The position numbers were made by a program, and so were the translations under genes. From Verrucomicrobiota bacterium (lineage in GTDB: Bacteria > Verrucomicrobiota > Verrucomicrobiia > Limisphaerales > SIBH01): DNA of 64,000 nucleotides. The notes beneath the pieces were generated by a model. It ran no database searches. It was not told the origin of the DNA and saw nothing but the letters and a program-made list of their open reading frames with translations. This document shows positions 45,601-51,247 of this stretch, in pieces; positions within the stretch are counted from its first letter, which is position 1, and the number at the start of each line of letters is the position of its first letter. Location of the stretch: the NCBI GenBank assembly GCA_038205745.1, contig JBBRBM010000003.1, forward strand, positions 3,879 to 67,878, given 5' to 3'.

Positions 45601-47887
45601 GCACACCGTTTCCGAACGAATCCAGAATGCGCCCGCTGACCGTGTAGGTGGTCGGGGTTCCAACCGTCACGACCACGTGGCGGCTCGCCGTGCCGCCTTT
45701 CATGTCCGAAACCTCGCAGCGCGCCACATACACACCACTGTTCGGGTAAGTCCTGCTCTGAGTCGGCCCATTGGTGCCGAACGAGTGATCACCAAATTCC
45801 CAGTAATACGCAAGCTGGTCGCCGTCGCTGTCCTGCGCGATGGAACTGAACGTCACCGTGCCGCCGTTCGTGATGGTCAGAACGTCAGCCGAAATCGAAA
45901 GCGTCGGAACATGGTTGTCCAAGAAATTGCCGATCTGCAGGACCACATCGATCCATTTGTTGGTTGGGTCCGGGCTGTCACTGATCGCGATCGGGGTGAT
46001 GTGCAAATTGGCCTGCGAATCATGAAACGTGCGGCCCACCACCAGCGCGGCATCCTGCCGGCCATAGGCGGAGTCCGGAGTGGTATCGATCAACACCGTG
46101 CTCGTGTTCAACATGATCTCGAGTCCAGAGGCGAACCACGGATTATTCGCGACTCCCTGCCGGTAGCTGAGCCAATACTCGGTGTTTTGCCTCTTCAGCG
46201 TTACGAGAGCGTAGGTGCGGTCGTTCTGGATCCGTGGCACATCAAACGCATAGATGCGATTCGTAGTACTTTTGAGAGCCGTGGCGATCGCCCCGCGCGG
46301 CAACCAATTCAGGGAGTACTTGAACATGGTATTAAATTGTCCACCCCCTCCCATGGTGTCGTAGGGATGACCGTATTCGTAGACCGCCTCGGCGGTTGGG
46401 TCGCCGAGGAATTTGGGCGCGCCGCCACGACCCACCGGTGCGTTAATATCGTTGTGACCAATCAGAATACTGTCAGGATCGGTAGGGAAAGGCGTGTTAT
46501 TTGTCGGGCCGGGATTGCGGCCTTCCGGCTGGTAGAAATTTGCATGCGGCAGACCGAAGTTGTGGCCGAGTTCGTGCGTCAAGGCGCCGGGAGAATTATT
46601 GAGGATGCCGCTCGATATGCCGCCAAAGAGAAATTGCGGCATCGATGTGGTCAGAACGTAATACATGTAGTAGTCGCTGGAGAAGTAACCCAGCGCAGCG
46701 GCACCAGCGAGTGCGTCTCCAATCAGGTTGCCGTCGTCCCCGTAATACACTTTGCTCTGCGGCAGGCGAATCACAGGCGTCACGGTCGTCTCCCACCAAA
46801 CGCTGTTATACGATCCGGTGTTGAAGAATCGATTATTCGCTGCCGCAGTCGCGTACGCGGCGTCTTCTGACTGCGGGATCTGGGGCTGGTCCGCATACGT
46901 AACCCGGATGTAGAGCAACTTCTTGATGCCTTGCGTGCGGCTGTTGGCCGCAGGCGGCAATTGGTCCGGGGGATTTCCCGCGACGGCGCCGCCGCCGGCC
47001 CCGCCCGCTTCCCAGATCAATCCATTGGCCGCAGTGAGCTGTGCGTTGAATTCATTCGCCTCCTTGGTTCCGCAATAGGTGTAGTATTGCTCGCCAAATT
47101 GCAGCACCGAGGCGCTCTCTGCAGCCACCGGCCGGCTGCATGCCTGGCATGTCGCATTCAGCTTCCCTGCCGCGGCGAGGTCGGCCATCTCCACTTTGTC
47201 CGTAACTCCACGCGCCGCATCTTCAGGAATCGCGGCAACATTTCCCGCCGTGATACCACTGAGAAACATGCTGTCGTGAGGTGGTTGGTGCAGACGCTTG
47301 CCCCAAGTGTAGGCGCGATACGTCTTTTTCTTTTTGTCCTGCCGCACCTCAATTTCGAGTCCATCCACGCGGCAATCGGCTGGATGCTGCTCGGCGGCCA
47401 GATAATTGATGTGCGGGTGCATACTGCCCCGCGTGCTCAACGGTTGCTCGATCTGCGAGAGAATGCTTTCGGGGAGTTGCTTGCGAACACTGTACGGAAG
47501 CGCCTGGGCAATCGCCTGCTCGGGATTCTCACGAATCAACTTGATCATCTCCTCGCGGCGCGCGTTCGCGAGCGGTTCGGCTTTTGCCAGCAACGCGGGG
47601 CGGAGTGCCACGTCAGCCTTGATGAACTGTTGCGCCCAATCATCAAAGGCGGAAATCGCTGATGCGGTCGCCACTTTTTGTGCGGGCTGCGAACTGGCCG
47701 TGGGAATGGCGGCCGGTTTCGTCGCGCTGGAAACGCCCGGCGTTACAGCCGGCACGGATGCGGGCGCAGCGTCAGGCGCCGCGGCGACCGGTGCTTGCGG
47801 TCGGGGCGGCGAACTGGTCTGCCAGAAAACCAGCGTCGACAGGAGTAACGCTGCGGCTCCTGCCGCAAACCAACGAGACGTCTTCAT
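36602..47887 (-). CDS. Giant secreted protein (3761 aa): metzincin domain, PKD, CarboxypepD_reg-like, Calx-beta modules, delta-60 propeller, P domain, 3x DUF11, unknown Cys-containing domain, DUF11, second P domain and shared C-terminal domain
   Basis: The N-terminal anchor/signal WFAAGAAALLLSTLVFW is followed by a P/A-rich linker. Other elements are HELGHNFGLPH, a PKD signature, Calx-beta signatures, delta-60 repeats, two P domains and DUF11 modules at approx. 38570-39688 and 37300-37680. The protein ends ...QRQFFRLKKP. Confidence 0.9.
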   Translation of the reverse strand: MKTSRWFAAGAAALLLSTLVFWQTSSPPRPQAPVAAAPDAAPASVPAVTPGVSSATKPAAIPTASSQPAQKVATASAISAFDDWAQQFIKADVALRPALLAKAEPLANARREEMIKLIRENPEQAIAQALPYSVRKQLPESILSQIEQPLSTRGSMHPHINYLAAEQHPADCRVDGLEIEVRQDKKKKTYRAYTWGKRLHQPPHDSMFLSGITAGNVAAIPEDAARGVTDKVEMADLAAAGKLNATCQACSRPVAAESASVLQFGEQYYTYCGTKEANEFNAQLTAANGLIWEAGGAGGGAVAGNPPDQLPPAANSRTQGIKKLLYIRVTYADQPQIPQSEDAAYATAAANNRFFNTGSYNSVWWETTVTPVIRLPQSKVYYGDDGNLIGDALAGAAALGYFSSDYYMYYVLTTSMPQFLFGGISSGILNNSPGALTHELGHNFGLPHANFYQPEGRNPGPTNNTPFPTDPDSILIGHNDINAPVGRGGAPKFLGDPTAEAVYEYGHPYDTMGGGGQFNTMFKYSLNWLPRGAIATALKSTTNRIYAFDVPRIQNDRTYALVTLKRQNTEYWLSYRQGVANNPWFASGLEIMLNTSTVLIDTTPDSAYGRQDAALVVGRTFHDSQANLHITPIAISDSPDPTNKWIDVVLQIGNFLDNHVPTLSISADVLTITNGGTVTFSSIAQDSDGDQLAYYWEFGDHSFGTNGPTQSRTYPNSGVYVARCEVSDMKGGTASRHVVVTVGTPTTYTVSGRILDSFGNGVQGVRVHNSRARPDDGDNPIDLGTYRYGFTDSDGYYVIGNVPPGSYTERGFLYGYRTVPQNFTDPLVVTDGNTTDFDFLATPITRVRIAQTIDAHEPGEDGVSSDEEGHFVVTRDGDLSEDLVVRFEPIGQLNEGNFFSDFATIIFDQRRFIIPAGFSSVDFRYTPTDNGVGTGNDSVGIRLLLATNDLRVFTVLTNVLTTNGSVISTNTLFVTRTNNLAIPGWELRPSGPSQALTWFQTDPTYVLGLAESSIQIIDDDPPAVPLVGVAVLDSDVMESSSDTAAIFFFRSGAPITNDLTIAYGLSGIASNNLDYTGLSGSVTIPAGEYFIIVYATAVNDLFVEGNEQATVTILPDPQDRYTISGGSANFLVVDDDLPLVNIFAADSSAVRGGGNGRVTFSRAGTLSDDLTVNYLVTGTALPGVDYTTLAGSVTIPAGQISIDVSISAIASASTPLPRTVIVQISDSTTYNIYSDNAAIVTLIDGTLPTVTISGGADIGESGGSTSFTVTRTGPTTNSLNVVFEVGGTAWEGIDYTAIGTNVIIPVGAASANITLSGINDNARERGRVLGAENIVIQLLARTNYLLGSTTSRSIRVNDDEGDTALPAVGFLLGTSTIREDAGTALIYVRVTANPATNRPVEVDYRILGGTAIPGVNYVPGSFERGATGVLHFIHVKDPDPAPIISNAEGSIEVIQVPILNDGVSTANRTLTLTLMNPGGYVTNISFATNNGVPIMSTVITRVPTNAFLGPSLSHTLTILDVGTSTVTITPSSDIAYELGAQPVRFTVTRSGTTNAPLTIAFAVNGTAASGNDFTLSTNGSITIPAGTNSAVLTLIPRDDPTEEMAEFMTVSLLPRPGYAVGSPSSATVVLVSDDGAIQFLLENYDVPENAGVASIPVVRSGNTNLTVSVSFVVSNRTAIAGSDYVLTNGTITFAPGETLKTFDVPLIDDAVVEPDETVAMALFNPSGGIPLGGQKTATLTIVNDDTDLAFRQLTFRGNENSLTGQVEIVRSGVITNAQSVTFTATNGSAGSNDFVATNLVLNFAPGQTNAFVSIDIFDDNLFEGDETVSLRLTSPLGGASLGAISNASLVIVDDECRIEFESTNNFVREYSNSVTIIVRRTGGTVNPVSATYTTADGTAIDGLDYLGGAFTVQFTGDHFELDTNGTGQLTFVAGESEKLVTLPIVDDADGEGNEDFIVTLSNPETSAVAAPNSVLLGANITTTVTIIDNETAGNVDYEFVSGPNAPVRAAALQYDNKIVIAGEFTQVDGFTFIRVARLQANGIFDSGFNPGAGANNTVYSLASAPDGKVYLGGDFTQVNNTNRTRIARLAADGKLDLVFSNSVNDIVRAIALQTNGQVIIAGDFTSVGGTPRSHIARLNVNGSLDAGFNPSFSGNVNALAIQSDGRILAGGAFATVNGTNRASLARLNTSGGLDLSFATGTGFNGPVNAIAVQPDGLILAGGQFSNFDGNGRNALVRLTSSGAVDANFGIGSGASGAIQAIAVGPNSKIVIAGDFTTYNGALANRFARLKKTGGIDFGFVTGNGANASVRTALVQPDSAVIIGGDFTEVNGIARNYVARIHGDEKAVTTAVEFASVNFLVPENAGSLAVTVLRSGNTNTAFSLSLSTYDITATNALDYVGVTNTISFAAGETSAIVNITILNDTAVEGDENFGLFLSGAPALVDLSGNTNALVTIQDDEKGIQFARTNYVVSEGVTNAVITLQRVGGLSGTISATLVTADLTALAGSDYISVSTNVAFAPGQTNAEVFVPIIDDPTGEPNETLSLSLINPVDCAIGTPGVAPLSIVDNDFTVGTIIRSNTAMINIFDAQPASPYPSTIVVNNLTGLLSHVEVQLVGLRHSFPADIDALLVGPAGEKVLLMSDVGGSFPVTNLTLTFDDTAPGISSNAVLTTSTNRPTDFGPADNFFSPAPVGPYGNLLSIFGGKSVNGTWSLYVLDDRGNDAGVISNGWRLIFSTVDPAKVADLSVTGSVSPASGAAAGDVLLYSFIVSNAGPNAAANVLFSNALPAGVTIVGAFPSQGSCVVSNGYVLCALDFLTSNSVATVDFKTVAGVGGTLTNAATVSSQEPDSIIANNTVSVVTTIAPGTTADLSVTLTDAPDPAFAGQPVTYHFVVTNRGPLVATGVLVTNYLPLNGTFVSASISGGSFINLGDRLVFTVGTMPANSSVNGNVIVQGRFESVMTNIITASANEPDLTPENTAVQTTVVTAASDLSVTTSESRDPAGVNVNVTYTITVFNDGPSVAHNVTLFDSLPPQFTLVSFSGSQGTNYATGGTLVFEFGTITNGAFAQALIVFRTTVGGTFTNLATAVAVEPEPSPANNTSIETTTVSVDAGGSSVSGIIDNGIVQLGVHRAGHLNVPGGKPSLSGTTAVGLRYLPTGAESTAPGCLCEGWGAADAISRVSGGANESSDGGPFGLVVESFTSDGVNARSVVRVIGGTRFGGTNTTPRPTFRVTHFYHPSPVTRNLYQVDVTIENISTNVTEVLYRRVMDWDIEPTPFREYSTVIKGDSTNLVFTSDNGFASADPLIPGFFILATNTFVDSGPADHGALFDFNFGLLNPGQSTSFVTYYGAAGTERDALSAVARVGAEAYSFGKSSFGEPETFEGKTNGSPNTFIFGFGGIGGTALAGADLRLSIATPSPFAGVGSIFSYTIVVTNAGPDVATNVVLLDTPPSVNANLLSYTTSRGTIVLSNGVLTADIGTLFAGGFATILINVIPTQEGSLTNGAVVSTDQIDFNLDNNVATNIAAAVSAGTYANPSPVTLLDAGTAATYPSIIRITNAPNALTDLTVTLSDLRHTYPADLDILVVGPSGQNVMLMSDAGGGFDLDGVTLLFTESAASGLPPNAQIVSGSYKPTNIGAGDTFFPPAPAGPYGTSLSIFNGTDPNGDWKLFIMDDQGSDAGVLAGGWRMNFIAGSSVTLFATRSGNDIVFSWPASAVGYFVVSGPEANGPWSPLPGTPQLVNGVYTQTVPVTGQRQFFRLKKP
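36605..36820 (-). other. Shared C-terminal domain, copy 3
   Basis: The last 72 codons: ...SGNDIVFSWPASAVGYFVVSGPEANGPWSPLPG...TGQRQFFRLKKP. Confidence 0.7.
36821..37296 (-). other. P domain, second copy in the 3761-aa protein
   Basis: TYPSIIRITNAPNALTDLTVTLSDLRHTYPADLDILVVGPSGQNVMLMSDAGG...DPNGDWKLFIMDDQGSDAGVLAGGWRMNF. GGWRMNF was read at 36821-36841. Confidence 0.7.
39689..40150 (-). other. P domain, first copy in the 3761-aa protein
   Basis: SPYPSTIVVNNLTGLLSHVEVQLVGLRHSFPADIDALLVGPAGEKVLLMSDVGG...NGTWSLYVLDDRGNDAGVISNGWRLIF. DAGVISNGW was read at 39701-39727. Confidence 0.7.
45353..45646 (-). other. Carboxypeptidase-regulatory-like (CarboxypepD_reg) beta-sandwich
   Basis: YTVSGRILDSFGNGVQGVRVHN...GFTDSDGYYVIGNVPPGSYT. 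Confidence 0.55.
45659..45910 (-). other. PKD domain
   Basis: GGTVTFSSIAQDSDGDQLAYYWEFGDHSFGTNGPTQSRTYPNSGVYVARCEVSDMKGGTASRHVVVTV. Confidence 0.75.
45923..46930 (-). other. Metzincin-type zinc metalloprotease domain (HExxHxxGxxH), M11 gametolysin-like or reprolysin-like
   Basis: GALTHELGHNFGLPHA, with HELGH read at 46562-46576. The downstream EYGHPYDTMGGGGQFNTMFKYSLNWLP matches the EYGDP.D.MG...K..LGWL block I recall from bacterial M11-like proteins. Confidence 0.65.
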
Positions 47888-47996
47888 GCTATAGCGCGCT
47901 TAACAATTTCTGTGACGACACTTCGCGGTCGTTCGCAGTTATGGACCGGCCAACACTCGGACATCGACAGGCGCGTTTGAAGGAAGGCGGAGTTGC

Positions 47997-50900
47997 CTAC
48001 GGATTCACGGCGTCCACACGGACGCGGTAAACACGCAGTGGCGCTCCCGCTGTATCCTTCACTGTCAACCGTGTGTTCCCAGATCCATTGATCAAATTCG
48101 TGAGTGTGTGCCATGAACCCGCGCCGAGCGTTTCGGCATACTCGACCGTGCTCGTGGCACCGGCCGGTGCATTCCAGGTCAACGTGACTTCTCCATCGAC
48201 GCTCGACAGCGAGATGGCGAGGCCCAGCTCAACTGACAAGGCGGCCGCGCGCACCGGCGCCGGCAGGATTATGGGCCCGGAACATTGCGCGCCGAACCAA
48301 AGCGCGGAATTACTTGCCTCACCCGGCGGAATGATTGGTGCGCAGTCGATTCCGTTTGGAACGCCGTCGTTGTCCGAATCGATGTCGAGGCTGCGTACGA
48401 GGCCCGCGTTGAACGTATAGGTCACGCCGTTCGTGTACGTGAGGTTGGTTGAACTTTGCGGCCCGGCGAAGTCCCGCACCCATCGGAAGCGGCCCCCTGA
48501 AATGTTCACCAGTCGCTCCGGCTCGACATTGGAATCTGCAAAATAAACCGTGAAATCCGGATCGATGGTGATTGAGCCATTGAAATTTGTGGCGTCATTG
48601 CGCAGCTCAAGGAAATCGACGTAAAGCGCATTGCTGGTCACCCCGCTCGAGAAACGGAACAGGTTCCTGCCGAAGCCATCGAGGACGAGCCGGCCCAGCG
48701 CAATGTTTCCGCTGAAGCCAGCCGGCGAGGTTCCACGGTCCACTCCGGGCCACGCAATACGGGATGATATCAGCGCCCCGGCTGTGGAGTAGATTCTCGT
48801 TCCCATCAAATCGCCAGCGATCGCAGGGAGCCTCGGCAACCGCACGCCGGAAGTGACGAACCAGTCATTCGTCGTGGTGGTGCCCAAGTCGCCGAATGAA
48901 TTGGTGGCGTCGATGACCAGCGCCCCCCGAATGTATTGGCCGAGCGCGTTGCTCACAGTCCCGGCGCTAATGAACGTGCTGGCGAAACTCAGGTTGTTGC
49001 CGTGGAACTCGATGTCCGATGTTGCACGAATCTCTGCATTCGAAATGTTGAGCGTCGATCCGGTCGCGAGAATCACACCGCCATTGGCGGTCAGAAGCGA
49101 CGGGAAGAACGTTCGTCCCACGTTCTGGAGGTTGGTGGAGCGAATCAGCAGCGATGATCCGAGGATCGATCCGTCGTTCACAAAATTGGCCAAAGCCGCC
49201 GGCACTATTGGAACGGGCGGGGTCTTCCTTTTCTTCTTTTTCTTCGGCGGCACATTGGTCGAGACGTGTCCGGCTTCGAAAACACCGAAGTAAGCCGCGC
49301 CCGAAATGTTCACCCCACCGTGATTCGTAAAGTTCAGAAGGTCGGCGGCGTTGGTGAACGCGAAGTTCGCCCCTACCGGCAGATTCAAACTGGCGTTGCT
49401 TTGGATAGTGAGCGCTGGCGCCTTGAGGTTGATCCCGGAATTCACGGACAAATTGTCATGAATGATCAGGCTGGGCGCCTTCACCTGGAACCGATGAAGC
49501 GTCACCGGTTGCTGGGATTCCAGGCAGTTGTCGATGATGAGCACATGGAAGCGCTGGCTCTCCAAGCCGCCTGTGGTCGTGTTGGTGATGTCGGCGGTCC
49601 ACGCGCCGCTCCATGCCGACACGGTGCCGAAAAGGCGATTCACAAAAGACGGTGCAATGTTCGAGAGCACCATGGAGCTGTTGGTCGTGGCCACGTCGAA
49701 GTCGATGAACGGCGCGTCGAGCTGCGCCAGCGTGTTACTGACGAGGTTGTCGGTGTGAATGCCAATGAAATCCTCCGACTTGATGCGCGTCGAGGCGAGG
49801 TTCAGCGAGCGCGCCAGAATGTTCACATTGCCGGTGAAATTCGTGGGGTCCGACAAGCCCGGGTTCACGCCCAACTGCTGGAAGATGGAGCCCGAAAGGA
49901 AAAACTGCTGCGCAAAGCTCGCCGCGTTGGTCTGGCCGACATGCACGGAATGCGCTGCGTAAATGTCGTTCGCGAAGTTCGTGGTGAAGAGCGCATTGTA
50001 GAAGACGCTCGGATCGAACACTGAATTGGCCGGCTGCGCGCCGGTGAAGAAGACGTTCGTGCCGAAAATGATGGGCGGCGAATCGAAATTACAATAACGC
50101 CCGCGGAACCAGGTGTAGGTGGACGGGCGCCGTGTGTTGGGAATCCGAGCTCCGGTCGTGGTCGTAATCGGCCTGGCAAAGAGAACGTTCGTCTGGCTGG
50201 CCGTCGCGTCGATAAAGGTGAGGTAGTTCGTGATGTACTGCTGGTTCACGATGTCGAAGTCCACGTTGCGGAACTCTACCACCGGTGCAAACGCCGAACC
50301 GGCCGGACCGAAGGAGGATATGAATCGAACGTCCACGTTCAGGTTGGAGGGCGAGATCAAGCTGTTCGTGGCCACGAACACGATGTTGATCATGGTGTTC
50401 GTCGGGTTGTTGACGTTGGTGTGAACGTATGCAGTGTAGCCATTGCCGCAGCCACCTCCGAAGAGGCCGAACCCGTTCGCGCCGATGGTGATCGAATTCG
50501 TGAAAAGAAACGAACCGGAGCGTGTAATCACCTGATGCAAAGGCGACGTGGGAAAAGGCAGCGAAAAGTTCGGCGAACTGAAACCCGTCGCAAGGTTCGC
50601 CAGCGAGAGCGGTGTCGCGTTCGTATCCACGGCATCCCCTCGTCCCGCGCCCCAATACAGGTCGGTGATCGCGGTATCCGCCGTGAAGTTCGTGCTCACA
50701 CTGAAGAAGGAGATACACGGCGTGAGGTTGCCGGTGGCTGGGCCCACGCGAATGCCGCCGCGATTCAGGTCCGCATAACCGTTCGAGGCGACCAGGCTGA
50801 TAAAGGCGACTTCCCCGCCATCCAGTCTTCCAGGGTTGACGATGTTGTTGGCGTTCACCAACAGCGACTCCGTGACGGAAATGTTTCCGTCGTTAAGAAA

Positions 50901-51236
50901 CATTTGCGAGGGACGCTGAAGCGCTTTTGAATTCTTGACCGTCCTGCGGCTCCTCGGCTTCTTCAGGCTGGAGCCGTCTGACTCATTGTCGAACCTGTAA
51001 CCGGGCGTGCCGCTCATCACACCGTTGTTGGTCCAGAATGCGACGTTCTGTCCCGTAAAGGGAAGGAAGCTGAACACTTCAAACGTGCTGCGATTCAAGA
51101 ACGCAGTTGCATCGATATTCGGCGGCGTCTGGCCAAGCGTGAGCGGCGAGTTGTTGATGTAAATCGGGGACGTTCCTGCAAAGGCGGGGTTCGTGCCGAT
51201 GAGGGCTGCCAGGATCGATGCCAAAAACTTTTTCAT
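47997..51236 (-). CDS. Secreted N/T/S-rich beta-helix-like repeat protein (1079 aa) with an internal poly-Lys/Arg stretch, a TSP3-like Ca-binding motif and the shared C-terminal domain
   Basis: ATG 51236 gives the signal peptide MKKFLASILAALIGTNPAFAG. The ORF-track start at 51362 would overlap the upstream gene. Long runs of short N/S/T/G-rich beta-strand-like repeats are present. The protein ends ...PLRVYRVRVDAVNP. Confidence 0.8.
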   Translation of the reverse strand: MKKFLASILAALIGTNPAFAGTSPIYINNSPLTLGQTPPNIDATAFLNRSTFEVFSFLPFTGQNVAFWTNNGVMSGTPGYRFDNESDGSSLKKPRSRRTVKNSKALQRPSQMFLNDGNISVTESLLVNANNIVNPGRLDGGEVAFISLVASNGYADLNRGGIRVGPATGNLTPCISFFSVSTNFTADTAITDLYWGAGRGDAVDTNATPLSLANLATGFSSPNFSLPFPTSPLHQVITRSGSFLFTNSITIGANGFGLFGGGCGNGYTAYVHTNVNNPTNTMINIVFVATNSLISPSNLNVDVRFISSFGPAGSAFAPVVEFRNVDFDIVNQQYITNYLTFIDATASQTNVLFARPITTTTGARIPNTRRPSTYTWFRGRYCNFDSPPIIFGTNVFFTGAQPANSVFDPSVFYNALFTTNFANDIYAAHSVHVGQTNAASFAQQFFLSGSIFQQLGVNPGLSDPTNFTGNVNILARSLNLASTRIKSEDFIGIHTDNLVSNTLAQLDAPFIDFDVATTNSSMVLSNIAPSFVNRLFGTVSAWSGAWTADITNTTTGGLESQRFHVLIIDNCLESQQPVTLHRFQVKAPSLIIHDNLSVNSGINLKAPALTIQSNASLNLPVGANFAFTNAADLLNFTNHGGVNISGAAYFGVFEAGHVSTNVPPKKKKKRKTPPVPIVPAALANFVNDGSILGSSLLIRSTNLQNVGRTFFPSLLTANGGVILATGSTLNISNAEIRATSDIEFHGNNLSFASTFISAGTVSNALGQYIRGALVIDATNSFGDLGTTTTNDWFVTSGVRLPRLPAIAGDLMGTRIYSTAGALISSRIAWPGVDRGTSPAGFSGNIALGRLVLDGFGRNLFRFSSGVTSNALYVDFLELRNDATNFNGSITIDPDFTVYFADSNVEPERLVNISGGRFRWVRDFAGPQSSTNLTYTNGVTYTFNAGLVRSLDIDSDNDGVPNGIDCAPIIPPGEASNSALWFGAQCSGPIILPAPVRAAALSVELGLAISLSSVDGEVTLTWNAPAGATSTVEYAETLGAGSWHTLTNLINGSGNTRLTVKDTAGAPLRVYRVRVDAVNP
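48000..48239 (-). other. Shared C-terminal domain, copy 4
   Basis: ...DGEVTLTWNAPAGATSTVEYAETLGAGSWHTLTNL...GAPLRVYRVRVDAVNP. Confidence 0.6.
48336..48386 (-). other. Thrombospondin type-3-like acidic Ca-binding motif (DIDSDNDGVPNGIDCAP)
   Basis: Read directly from the reverse complement of 48361-48386 and following. Confidence 0.6.
49224..49244 (-). other. KKKKKRK stretch within PPKKKKKRKTPP
   Basis: The + strand reads ctt cct ttt ctt ctt ttt ctt, in frame with the gene. Confidence 0.9.
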
Positions 51237-51247
51237 ACTCACGCGCA

